A program made the position numbers and the translations under genes. Of a DNA stretch of 64,000 nt, positions 43,908 through 52,117 are shown piece after piece. The notes under the pieces were generated by a model. That model was not told the DNA's origin, did no database searches, and saw only the letters and a program-made list of their open reading frames with translations. This DNA comes from Candidatus Saccharimonadota bacterium. GTDB lineage: Bacteria > Patescibacteriota > Saccharimonadia > Saccharimonadales > Saccharimonadaceae. The first letter of the stretch is position 1. Each line of letters begins with the position of its first letter. The stretch spans positions 7,037 to 71,036 of the forward strand of contig JBAXUT010000003.1 of NCBI GenBank assembly GCA_037129535.1, written 5' to 3'.

Positions 43908-44374
43908 TGGTTTTTGCTCGTTACGGTACATATATTATTGCTGCATCCCGCCTGAGTTGTTTCGGTGTGGTAGTAAAGTGTGAAATTGCGACATTTGCCG
44001 TCGCCGTCAGCCGTACATTGATAGCCATAATCACTGATTGATGGAGTTTTTGTATCTTTTAGCGATGATGTTGTACTGGTAGTGGCACCTGGGGCAGCTA
44101 GGGCTTTGGGGTCTATATCTCGCAACAAGGTCCTCGGGCTATCGATTAAATTACTTGCTGGCGGGTAATATCCGATGTCTATATTATTGGTGTCCGTTCC
44201 TGACGTATAAAAAGTTTCCAAACTCATTGCAATAGCTTCGATGTCACCTTTGCGCTCGGCATCGCGAGCGTTGGCTTGGCTGCTGCTGAGATTGACTACC
44301 CCCAGCACCATCAATATGCCCATCACAGTAATGATGACCACCAATTCAACAATAGTAAATCCGCGAAGTTTCAT
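43904..44374 (-). CDS. minor pilin/pseudopilin
   Basis: MKLRG|FTIVELVVIITVMGIL. Confidence 0.7.
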   Translation of the reverse strand: MKLRGFTIVELVVIITVMGILMVLGVVNLSSSQANARDAERKGDIEAIAMSLETFYTSGTDTNNIDIGYYPPASNLIDSPRTLLRDIDPKALAAPGATTSTTSSLKDTKTPSISDYGYQCTADGDGKCRNFTLYYHTETTQAGCSNNICTVTSKNQ

Positions 44375-44418
44375 ATTATTAGCATAAGGTTTTTGGGGTA
44401 AAATCGCAAGCTTAGGGG

Positions 44419-45441
44419 CTAGACTATCTCTAGTGGTTCTTGTTCGATTTGGATATCGAATTCATCATAAATCTTTTTGGTGATTTCGTCGCGTGCCGCC
44501 GCTAGGTCGCCATAGGAATTAGCGGATTCATTGACTAATACTAGTGCGTTTTTATCATATATACGCATACCGTGGAATATTTTCCCTTTTAGGCCAGCGT
44601 TTTCTATCAGCCATCCAGTTGGGATTTTATAATTACCGTCAGGCATTGCAAAACTAGGTGCGTCTGGGTCAATAGCCCGCAATTCGTCTAGTTGTTTTTG
44701 GCTGACGATTGCGTTTTTGAAAAAAGAACCACTGTTGGCCAGGATATTTGGGTCTGGTAATTTAGATTCGCGAATTTTCAAAACAGCGTTACGAATGATT
44801 TGCGGGTCATAAGATGTGATGCTATTGGTATCTAGATATTTTTGTAATGAATCGTAGAACGGCGCAGTTGGCCTAGATTTGGACAATTTCAAATTTATAT
44901 ATGTAACTATATATCGGCCGATGGACTCCCCGCGGAATATGCTGTGGCGATAGGCGAATTTACAATCAGTGTTCTGCAATGTGATGAATTGATCGGTTTG
45001 GGTATCATAGGCCTCTAATGATTGTAATGTATTGGCTATTTCTTGGCCGTAGGCGCCTATATTCTGTATTGGTGCTGCGCCGGTAGTGCCAGGGATTCCT
45101 GACATCGCCTCGATACCAGTCAGGCTCATATCTACTGTTTGTTTGACTACCGAATCCCAATTCTCTCCAGCGCCGATTTTAACAATAGTTGAATTGTCGT
45201 CGTCATAGATTATTTCAAAACCAGGGATACCGATGTGGATTATAATCCCATTAAAACCTTCGTCATGGGCAATTAGATTACTGCCACCACCGATAACGAA
45301 TATTGGTAGGTTTTGAGATTTGGCGTTTTTGCAAATTGTTGCCACGTCAGTAGGAGTTAATATTTCGGCCATAAATCGGGCGTTGCCGCCAATACGCATA
45401 GTCGTGTAATCTTTTAGTGGAATATTTGTTTTGATTTCCAT
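44419..45441 (-). CDS. murB: UDP-N-acetylenolpyruvoylglucosamine reductase MurB
   Basis: PLKDYTTMRIGGNARF, GGGSNL FAD-binding motif, C-terminal MurB domain. Confidence 0.9.
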   Translation of the reverse strand: MEIKTNIPLKDYTTMRIGGNARFMAEILTPTDVATICKNAKSQNLPIFVIGGGSNLIAHDEGFNGIIIHIGIPGFEIIYDDDNSTIVKIGAGENWDSVVKQTVDMSLTGIEAMSGIPGTTGAAPIQNIGAYGQEIANTLQSLEAYDTQTDQFITLQNTDCKFAYRHSIFRGESIGRYIVTYINLKLSKSRPTAPFYDSLQKYLDTNSITSYDPQIIRNAVLKIRESKLPDPNILANSGSFFKNAIVSQKQLDELRAIDPDAPSFAMPDGNYKIPTGWLIENAGLKGKIFHGMRIYDKNALVLVNESANSYGDLAAARDEITKKIYDEFDIQIEQEPLEIV

Positions 45442-45588
45442 ACATAAACATTATAACATTTAAGTCGCGAGTAGATTTTAGTATAAATTTCAGAATCTCC
45501 TTGCAAATGAAACCTTTATTGTATAATATACTTTTTCATTGGTTGTAATAACAGTGGTAAAGATATATAATCAATAAGTTAATTTAAT

Positions 45589-45665
45589 GCACCCGTAGCT
45601 CAGTGGATTAGAGCATCTGTCTTCGGAACAGAGGGTCGGCGGTTCGAGTCCGTCCGGGTGTACCA
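45589..45665 (+). tRNA. tRNA-Arg (anticodon UCG), CCA encoded
   Basis: Acceptor GCACCCG/CGGGTGT, anticodon arm TCTGT-CTTCGGA-ACAGA, T loop TTCGAGT. Confidence 0.93.
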
Positions 45666-45751
45666 ATATAATGAACAAACCTTAATTTGTGAGGTTTATT
45701 TTTTTGCTTATGCTTGCTTTTTACTAGGGTCAGTATCATAGTTATGACATT

Positions 45752-46105
45752 ATGGAGCATACGGAGAAAAATGCAGTAGAGACATTGTCTGATGGCAAAT
45801 ACCACCGAGTTGTTGAATATGACGAAGAGACGGGCAAATGTTGCTTTGTGGTAGATGGTGAAGACAATATACTTGGCGATGAACTGGATTATCCAGATGA
45901 ATCAACACAGATAGATTGTTTGGAGATAGAGGTTTTTATGGATGGGGTAGGTGAAGAGATAGGCTATCGTGACAAAGGTATCAGTCGGTCGCTAGGCAGA
46001 GCGGCTCTTTGTGTGCTAAACCACAAAAACCAGTTTGTCAGATTGCCGATAAGCTTGGTTAAAACAGACAAAGTATCGTATATTCGCGGCGAAGATACAG
46101 AATAA
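45752..46105 (+). CDS. hypothetical acidic protein (117 aa)
   Basis: ORF only. Confidence 0.4.
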   Translation: MEHTEKNAVETLSDGKYHRVVEYDEETGKCCFVVDGEDNILGDELDYPDESTQIDCLEIEVFMDGVGEEIGYRDKGISRSLGRAALCVLNHKNQFVRLPISLVKTDKVSYIRGEDTE

Positions 46106-46120
46106 TACGTCGCTTGATTG

Positions 46121-46603
46121 CTAATATCTAAAAATGTCGATGCCTGTGAGCCGTTCTATATCGGATTTTGCTTGTATAAACTCGTTTGAAGATTTGTCAT
46201 AGAATGACTTTGTTGTGCCATTTATGGTCACGGTTATTTCAGTTCCGCCATACGTTGCGCCCTTGTTAGAGTTAGAGCTCATCAGCCCAGATTTTATGAA
46301 AGATTCGCGCAATTCTTTAATTTTTTCGGGGATTGTTGCAAGTAGAGTTTTTGTGGGTGTCGTTTCATAATCCGAGCTAGATATATGATACACTTGGCCG
46401 CTAGCATTGATAGTATATGTATCTGTCGCGCCTGTAAATCCACCCCCAATCATAGGCTCTATTCCGACATTGAATGTTGGATCTGAGATTTTAGCTGTGC
46501 CGTTGCCAAGGACCATACTTATCCCAACCACAGTCCCAATAGAAGTCAAAATGAACAACCCGATAGATAATATGATTGCTGGGATTGTTTTATGTTTTTT
46601 CAC
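46121..46603 (-). CDS. hypothetical membrane-anchored protein (160 aa, GTG start)
   Basis: N-terminal TM helix; ORF only. Confidence 0.45.
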   Translation of the reverse strand: MKKHKTIPAIILSIGLFILTSIGTVVGISMVLGNGTAKISDPTFNVGIEPMIGGGFTGATDTYTINASGQVYHISSSDYETTPTKTLLATIPEKIKELRESFIKSGLMSSNSNKGATYGGTEITVTINGTTKSFYDKSSNEFIQAKSDIERLTGIDIFRY

Positions 46604-46719
46604 TGTAGCTATATTATACCATTTATGATTATTTGGGTAGTTATGTGCGGGTATTAACTGCAGCTTATCCTTGCTTGCACCAACAGGGGTAATGGTGTAT
46701 ACTTTGTCGGTAAATACAT

Positions 46720-46796
46720 GGGCCAGTAACTCAGCTGGTTAGAGTGTCTGCCTCTTAAGCAGAATGTCGTGGGTTCAAGTCCCACCTGGCCCTCCA
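46720..46796 (+). tRNA. tRNA-Lys (anticodon CUU), CCA encoded
   Basis: Acceptor GGGCCAG/CTGGCCC, anticodon arm TCTGC-CTCTTAA-GCAGA, T arm GTGGG-TTCAAGT-CCCAC. Confidence 0.95.
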
Positions 46797-46833
46797 AATT
46801 AAAAATCAGACCTGTTGGTCTGGTTTTTAATTT
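46797..46833 (+). terminator. terminator hairpin after tRNA-Lys(CUU)
   Basis: AAATTAAAAATCAGACC-TGTT-GGTCTGGTTTTTAATTT. Confidence 0.65.
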
Positions 46834-46835
46834 GG

Positions 46836-46978
46836 AAGCGACCAGCTGTGGCTCGAAACCATGACTCACGCTGAAAGCGTGATAGTCGTGGGTCGCGAAG
46901 TGCAGCGAAATAAAAATGTGTTTACATATTTTTATGAACAAACGGAGGAGCGGAACAAAGTGGAGCGATAGTCTCACC
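46836..46978 (+). repeat. tRNA-linked structured element, copy E4
   Basis: The core from about 46896 to 46953 is roughly 90% identical by eye to E1. The hairpin is at 46910-46935 and GGAGGAG at 46944-46950. The element ends in GGAGCGATAGTCTCACC. Confidence 0.7.
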
Positions 46979-47037
46979 TAATCTATCAATACACTAATAT
47001 TTTATCGTGACCAAGTCCCATTTATCATTAATATTAT

Positions 47038-47832
47038 TTAGATAATCCCGACCAAAACTAAAACTGCCAAAACGCCAGCCAAACCGATTCGATACCAACC
47101 GAAAGCTTTCAAACCATTAGTTGAGATAAATTTGATAAAGAAGCTAACGGCTAATATTCCAGCCACGAATGAGGCAATATTACCAACCAATACAATCGCC
47201 ATATTATTGCTGGCAAATTCTAACCCCCCGTCCAACAAAGTCTTGAAACTGGCACCAGCAATTATCGGTATTGCCAATAAAAAGCTAAACTCGGCAGCAC
47301 GGGCAGCGGACAAATTCGAACGCAATCCAGCCAGAATTGTAATGCCAGAACGAGAAGTCCCAGGGATGAAAGCTAACGCCTGCGCAATACCAATCGCAGC
47401 AGTTGCGCGCCAACCGACAGATTTCTCAATCTCACGATTATCTGCCGTCTTTTTCTCCCGGCCTACCAATATCATCGGGATGCCAATAATAACTAACATT
47501 GCAATAACAACCCAAATCATACCATTCAACCATTCAATTTGAGATTTTAATAATACGCCAAGCGCAACGGCTGGAATTGTAGCTAATATAACTTTGGCTA
47601 GTAACTTCCATTCCGAGCCCTTGAAAATCCTAACGATAATAGACCAAATTCGTTTGCGATAAAAGATAACCAGCGCCAACAATGTGCCTAGATTTAACAA
47701 AACATCAAAAGTAAACGCACTACCAATACCCAAAAGGTGACTAGTAATAACTAGGTGACCAGAACTGCTGATAGGGATAAATTCCGTCACTCCCTGGACC
47801 AAACCTAATACTATTGCATCGATAATAGACAT
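47038..47832 (-). CDS. uppP: undecaprenyl-diphosphate phosphatase UppP/BacA
   Basis: QGVTEFIPISSSGHL N-terminal motif, PGTSRSG motif, 8 TM helices. Confidence 0.9.
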   Translation of the reverse strand: MSIIDAIVLGLVQGVTEFIPISSSGHLVITSHLLGIGSAFTFDVLLNLGTLLALVIFYRKRIWSIIVRIFKGSEWKLLAKVILATIPAVALGVLLKSQIEWLNGMIWVVIAMLVIIGIPMILVGREKKTADNREIEKSVGWRATAAIGIAQALAFIPGTSRSGITILAGLRSNLSAARAAEFSFLLAIPIIAGASFKTLLDGGLEFASNNMAIVLVGNIASFVAGILAVSFFIKFISTNGLKAFGWYRIGLAGVLAVLVLVGII

Positions 47833-47857
47833 TGATACTATTTTAGCAGATCTTAAA

Positions 47858-48978
47858 TTATCTACCCAATATATCCCTTACCGCATAAAATGCAGGCTTG
47901 GGCGTGTAATTATCATTGAACATTAGTGGGTCGGCATCGTGTATGCCTAAACCGTTATACCAGCTTTGACGATCTGTTAGGCCCAAGAATCCGAAATTTG
48001 GACATATAGATGAGCCGACGTCTAAACAAGCACCCAACATATCGCTGTATATTTGGGCTTGAAGTTGTCCTCGGTGTTTTAATCCACCAGTCGCACCACT
48101 CATATTAACATCAAACTCGGTGACATAGACTTTTACGCCCAAACCTGCGAACCGTTTCATATTGGCCACAACTTTCTCGCGTGATGGGTAATTAGTGCCA
48201 CTGATATGCATTTGCATGCCGATAGCGTCGATTGGGATACCGCGTGATTTGGCATCACGGATATAGTCATACATCGAATTGGATATTTCACCCTCGGTTT
48301 CATTGCCAAAATCATTTAGGATTAAAACCGCATTCGGGTCGGCTTCGCGGGCCCAGATGAATGATTTGTCGATGTATTCGTAATAGCCCAGGTTATCTCC
48401 CCACCAATCGTGGTTGCCTCCAGTGAATAATTTGCGGCTGAATGCCTCGTTGACGACCGAATATTCGCGAACAGTCCCTTTATATTTTGCCCCAACAGTA
48501 GAAATATGGTTATGAATAATGTCCAATAATTGTTCGCGGCTAAATTTACCTTGTGTCAGCCAATCTGGCAACCATTTGGCGTCGCCCCACATTAGATGTT
48601 GGACACGACGGGCATATTATTCTGTTTGGCAAAGTCAAAGACTTTATCCATATCAGTAAAATCAAAAGTATCAATTGTAGGACGTAGCTTAGAGGTTTCA
48701 AACCGCCAATTTGGTTCACCATCAACAATCGCATAATTGAATTGAGAAACAGTGATATCTCGATACGCTTGTTCTTTGAGATATTTTAACGAAGCGAAAT
48801 TGCCGATTTGGATGCCTCGGTCGTCAGCCAAAGTCTTCAGTGCCGGGCTGGGTAATTGGGGAGTAGGCTTGTTGGCGTATGGGTCTGGGTTGTAAACTAA
48901 AACGCATATCAAACCAACCGCGACTACTGAACATAGAGCCTTTAATATAATAGCTACAGATTTTTTAGTTGTTCCCAT
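47858..48978 (-). pseudogene. glycoside hydrolase family 10 (endo-beta-1,4-xylanase-like), split by a 1-nt frameshift
   Basis: The N-terminal ORF 48592-48978 (signal anchor, FNYAIVDGEPNWRFE, FAKQNNMPV) and the C-terminal ORF 47858-48592 together make one GH10 domain. The C-terminal ORF carries the acid/base motif VVNEAF and the nucleophile motif VYVTEFDV. The frames join as MPV|RVQHLMWGD near 48600-48612. Confidence 0.7.
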
Positions 48979-49047
48979 ATCTATAGCTTACTCTCATTGG
49001 GGGTAAATAGCGAAGTTGGCGACGCATATTATACAATAAAAGTCTAA

Positions 49048-49070
49048 TTTGCAAGGTTCAACCTCGCAAA
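49048..49070. repeat. degenerate REP-like hairpin
   Basis: TTTGCAAGG-TTCA-ACCTCGCAAA has the same GGTTCAACC centre as the REP copies but a diverged stem. Confidence 0.3.
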
Positions 49071-49079
49071 GATGTTGAA

Positions 49080-49649
49080 TTAGAATATAATATTTGTATT
49101 TGGCAGGTCGGTTTTTAGTTTATTGATTTTGTCTGCGCTCAGTGGGTTACCTGTCAGGTTGAATTCTTGCAGATTGTTTTTTAGGTTCGCCAGTTCATTA
49201 GGCAAACCATCAATATTGTTATAGCTATAATTTAATGTTGTTAATTTACTCAGTTGGCCAATTTCTGCTGGCATCCCAGTCATATTGTTATAGCTGACAT
49301 CTAATGTCTGCAGTCCGGACATCTGGCGGATTTCGCCGATTAGGCTACCTTCTAGCATATTGTGGTCGATTCTGAATGTCGTAATTTTTGTCATTCGGCC
49401 CATCTCTGATGGCAGGGTGCGGATACTATTATTAGAAAGTATCAGGTTGGTGGTATTAGTTTGGCTGTAGATATCAGAACCAACTTTTGTTAGCCCAGTA
49501 CCGCCCAGATTCAATGTAGTGCCGCCAGTCGGTTGATTGGGCGCGTCTGCAGATTTGTTGGCATTTTGCCCAATATTAAAGCCTATAAATATACCACCGG
49601 CGAACAACAGTATTATTATAATTACGATTACAAGTTTAATTTGTTTCAT
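49080..49649 (-). CDS. leucine-rich repeat protein with N-terminal membrane anchor/signal
   Basis: About six LxxLxLxxNxL units (LQTLDVSYNNMTGMPAEIGQLSKLTTLNYSYNNIDGLPNEL). Confidence 0.7.
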   Translation of the reverse strand: MKQIKLVIVIIIILLFAGGIFIGFNIGQNANKSADAPNQPTGGTTLNLGGTGLTKVGSDIYSQTNTTNLILSNNSIRTLPSEMGRMTKITTFRIDHNMLEGSLIGEIRQMSGLQTLDVSYNNMTGMPAEIGQLSKLTTLNYSYNNIDGLPNELANLKNNLQEFNLTGNPLSADKINKLKTDLPNTNIIF

Positions 49650-49699
49650 ATTGCTATTGTAACAAATTTATCAGGTATTTTTGATACAATAGGGCTTAT

Positions 49700-50158
49700 A
49701 TGAGTGATACTATATTTGATAAACTTGTTCGCAAAGAAATTCCTAGCTATGTTGTTTGGGAAGATGATGGCTATATGGCTTTTTTGACACCGTTTCCAAA
49801 TACTCCGGGTTTGACGATTGTTATACCAAAAACTAATGTTGGCGATTATATATTTTCGATTAATGATGGAACATATGATGGTTTGATGCGGGCGACTAAA
49901 ACCGTTGCAAAAATATTAGAACGAGCATTAGATGTAAAGCGTGTAGCATTGGTTTTCGAAGGCACTGGCGTAGCATATGTTCACGCAAAATTATACCCAT
50001 TGCATGGTGAATTGGCCGGGCAAACAGATGTGTGGAGTGACCATACAGAATTTGTTACAGAATACCGTGGCTATTTTACGACAATTGAAGGTCCAAAGAT
50101 GGATGATGGTGAATTAAAATCTATCCAAGCCAAAATTATAGCTGCTGGTAAAAATTAA
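49700..50158 (+). CDS. HIT-family protein with degenerate histidine triad
   Basis: N-terminal HIT pattern (IFDKLVRKEIPSYVVWEDDGYMAFL...LTIVIPK), but the triad region reads VHAKLYPLH instead of HxHxHxx. Confidence 0.55.
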   Translation: MSDTIFDKLVRKEIPSYVVWEDDGYMAFLTPFPNTPGLTIVIPKTNVGDYIFSINDGTYDGLMRATKTVAKILERALDVKRVALVFEGTGVAYVHAKLYPLHGELAGQTDVWSDHTEFVTEYRGYFTTIEGPKMDDGELKSIQAKIIAAGKN

Positions 50159-50697
50159 ATTAGTTGATTGTAATCTTTGACACCATTTTCTAAAACTTGT
50201 CGGTATATGTCGACGCTGCTGATTTGATGTTTGTCATCACCAGATTCTGCACGTTGTTTTTTCATCTCTAGAATCATCTGTCTAGTCTCATCAGTTAGTT
50301 TGTCGGCAATCAATTTGTTCGTCACAGTTTGGTTATCTGGGTATTCGTTGAAAAACCAAGTTTCGATTTCCCATTTTTGACCATCAGACGGCAGGATTAG
50401 ATTTAGTATGTATGATTTAGGTCGTTTGTCGCGGGGGAAAGCCACAAAATCACCGTATTCGTATTTTTGAGCAACTTTGTTGTCAATCAATTCATGTAGC
50501 GCTGATGTCGATGCGTGTCGCGTATCATCGCATATGACGCAGATATCGATATCTGGCCCCCACATCAAATCATATTTAAAACTACCGCCGATTATAACTT
50601 CGCCGTATTTTGACAGGATTTGGATTAAATTAGTTTGGTCCAATATTTTTTGGGCTGTTTTTTTGGCTTGGTTAGAATATATTTCCAAATCGTTCAT
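50155..50697 (-). CDS. nucleotidyltransferase-fold protein
   Basis: GGSFKYDLMWGPDIDICVICDD resembles the GS...DxD minimal NTase motif. Confidence 0.4.
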   Translation of the reverse strand: MNDLEIYSNQAKKTAQKILDQTNLIQILSKYGEVIIGGSFKYDLMWGPDIDICVICDDTRHASTSALHELIDNKVAQKYEYGDFVAFPRDKRPKSYILNLILPSDGQKWEIETWFFNEYPDNQTVTNKLIADKLTDETRQMILEMKKQRAESGDDKHQISSVDIYRQVLENGVKDYNQLI

Positions 50698-50715
50698 TGT
50701 TATAATATAGCATAT

Positions 50716-51403
50716 TTACGATTTAAAATGGTGTTCCAACAGGCCATCACATAGAACTTTTAGCGTATCGATAATCCGTGGGTCGTCACCATCACCGAAT
50801 ACCAATGGTAATTCTGTGCAGCCTAATATCACGGCATCGAGTTTTTGTGATTGTATAAAATTATTCACGACCTTACGGAACTTTGTCCTGTCCGATTCAG
50901 TTAAATTACAATTTATTAATTTAAAGATATTCTGTTCGGTTTTTGCAGCGGTTTTAGTATCTGGTCGAATTAATTTGATACCGCCACCCCAATGCTTCAT
51001 CAAAGATTGTTGCAGCAAGTGTGGTTGGTGAAGCTAGTAGTCCTACTTTTTTAAAACCAGATTGTTTTATTATTTTCGCAACTAATTTTGGTATAGATAA
51101 AAAGGGCACGTTTGTGGATGCTTGTATGGCCGGTAACAATATATGAGCTGTGTTGCAGGCGATGCAGTTGATATTACAACCAGCTTTTTCCAGTAGCTTG
51201 GCTCGCTTTATTAACATTGCTTGCGCTGTTTTTATATTGTTTTTGTTTGATATAAAATTTGGTACGGGCACACTGATTAGTATAATCTCTGGACAATCGT
51301 CGATGATCTTGTTTGTAAAAAACTTGGACCTATCGATTAACATTGTCAGTAATTTTGCACTAGCTTGAGGACCCATGCCACCTAATATTCCGATAGTTGA
51401 CAT
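50716..51403 (-). pseudogene. aspartate/glutamate racemase family gene, frameshifted at a C4 (G4 on the coding strand) run
   Basis: The N-terminal ORF has GILGGMGP and the first active-site Cys (ACNTAH). The C-terminal ORF has the second (LGCTELP). Removing one G from TTGGGGTGG (plus-strand C-run 50987-50990) restores ...FDEALGGGIKLIRPD... Confidence 0.7.
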
Positions 51404-51583
51404 ATTAACTCCTGTCAATTGGGTTATTAAAATTAAAAAAGACGAAAATGATTATAGATAATTAGGGCTTAGGCCCAATACAAGATTTGTAGAGCAAATA
51501 GGTTTTTAGATAGTGTGAATTCGTTGCTCGTATTCATAATTATATTATAGCATAATTGGTTTGATACATCTATTATTATTTTT

Positions 51584-51592
51584 TGTTATACT
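51584..51592 (+). promoter_or_regulatory. extended -10 (TGTTATACT) 6 nt before ATG 51599
   Basis: TGnTATACT with no Shine-Dalgarno. Confidence 0.5.
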
Positions 51593-51598
51593 GTGAAT

Positions 51599-52117
51599 AT
51601 GATTTATTTTATTCGTCATGGTGAGAGTGAAGCCAACGTCGCCAATGTTTTTAGCGGTCCTGATTCGTTGATTACATATCATGGCAGGGAACAGGCACGG
51701 GTCGCTGGTGAAAAATTAAAATCTGATGGAATTGTGATTGATAGGATTATTTCTTCGACTTATCAACGGGCGTCAGAAACTGCCGTGGTAATTGCCAATA
51801 TGATTGGTTTTGATATAGATAAAATTCAATACGACCATAGATTGGTTGAGATTAATTGCGGTGAATTAACATATAAATCACGAGACCAATATACCGAGCT
51901 TCAGATGCTGGGTTGCGACGGCGCCGAAGATATATATAAATTTCAAGAAAGAGTAATGAAAAGTTTCAACGAAATTAAAAACCTGCCAGGTAACACCCTT
52001 ATCGTCAGTCACGCCGGAGTCGAGCGTATTATCAGCGTTACAACACAAGGTTTGCCACTAATGGACCTTGTAAGGTTGCCAGAATACCCGAATGCTACAG
52101 TCGTTGAGTTAGATTAA
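51599..52117 (+). CDS. histidine phosphatase family protein (phosphoglycerate mutase-like)
   Basis: IYFIRHGESEAN RHG motif; SHAG near the C-terminus. Confidence 0.8.
   Translation: MIYFIRHGESEANVANVFSGPDSLITYHGREQARVAGEKLKSDGIVIDRIISSTYQRASETAVVIANMIGFDIDKIQYDHRLVEINCGELTYKSRDQYTELQMLGCDGAEDIYKFQERVMKSFNEIKNLPGNTLIVSHAGVERIISVTTQGLPLMDLVRLPEYPNATVVELD

Noticed and set aside
45608-45805. 65-aa minus-strand ORF
   Set aside because: It overlaps tRNA-Arg(UCG) and its terminator.
46654-46977. 107-aa minus-strand ORF
   Set aside because: It runs through tRNA-Lys(CUU), its terminator and element E4, so it is an artefact of non-coding sequence.
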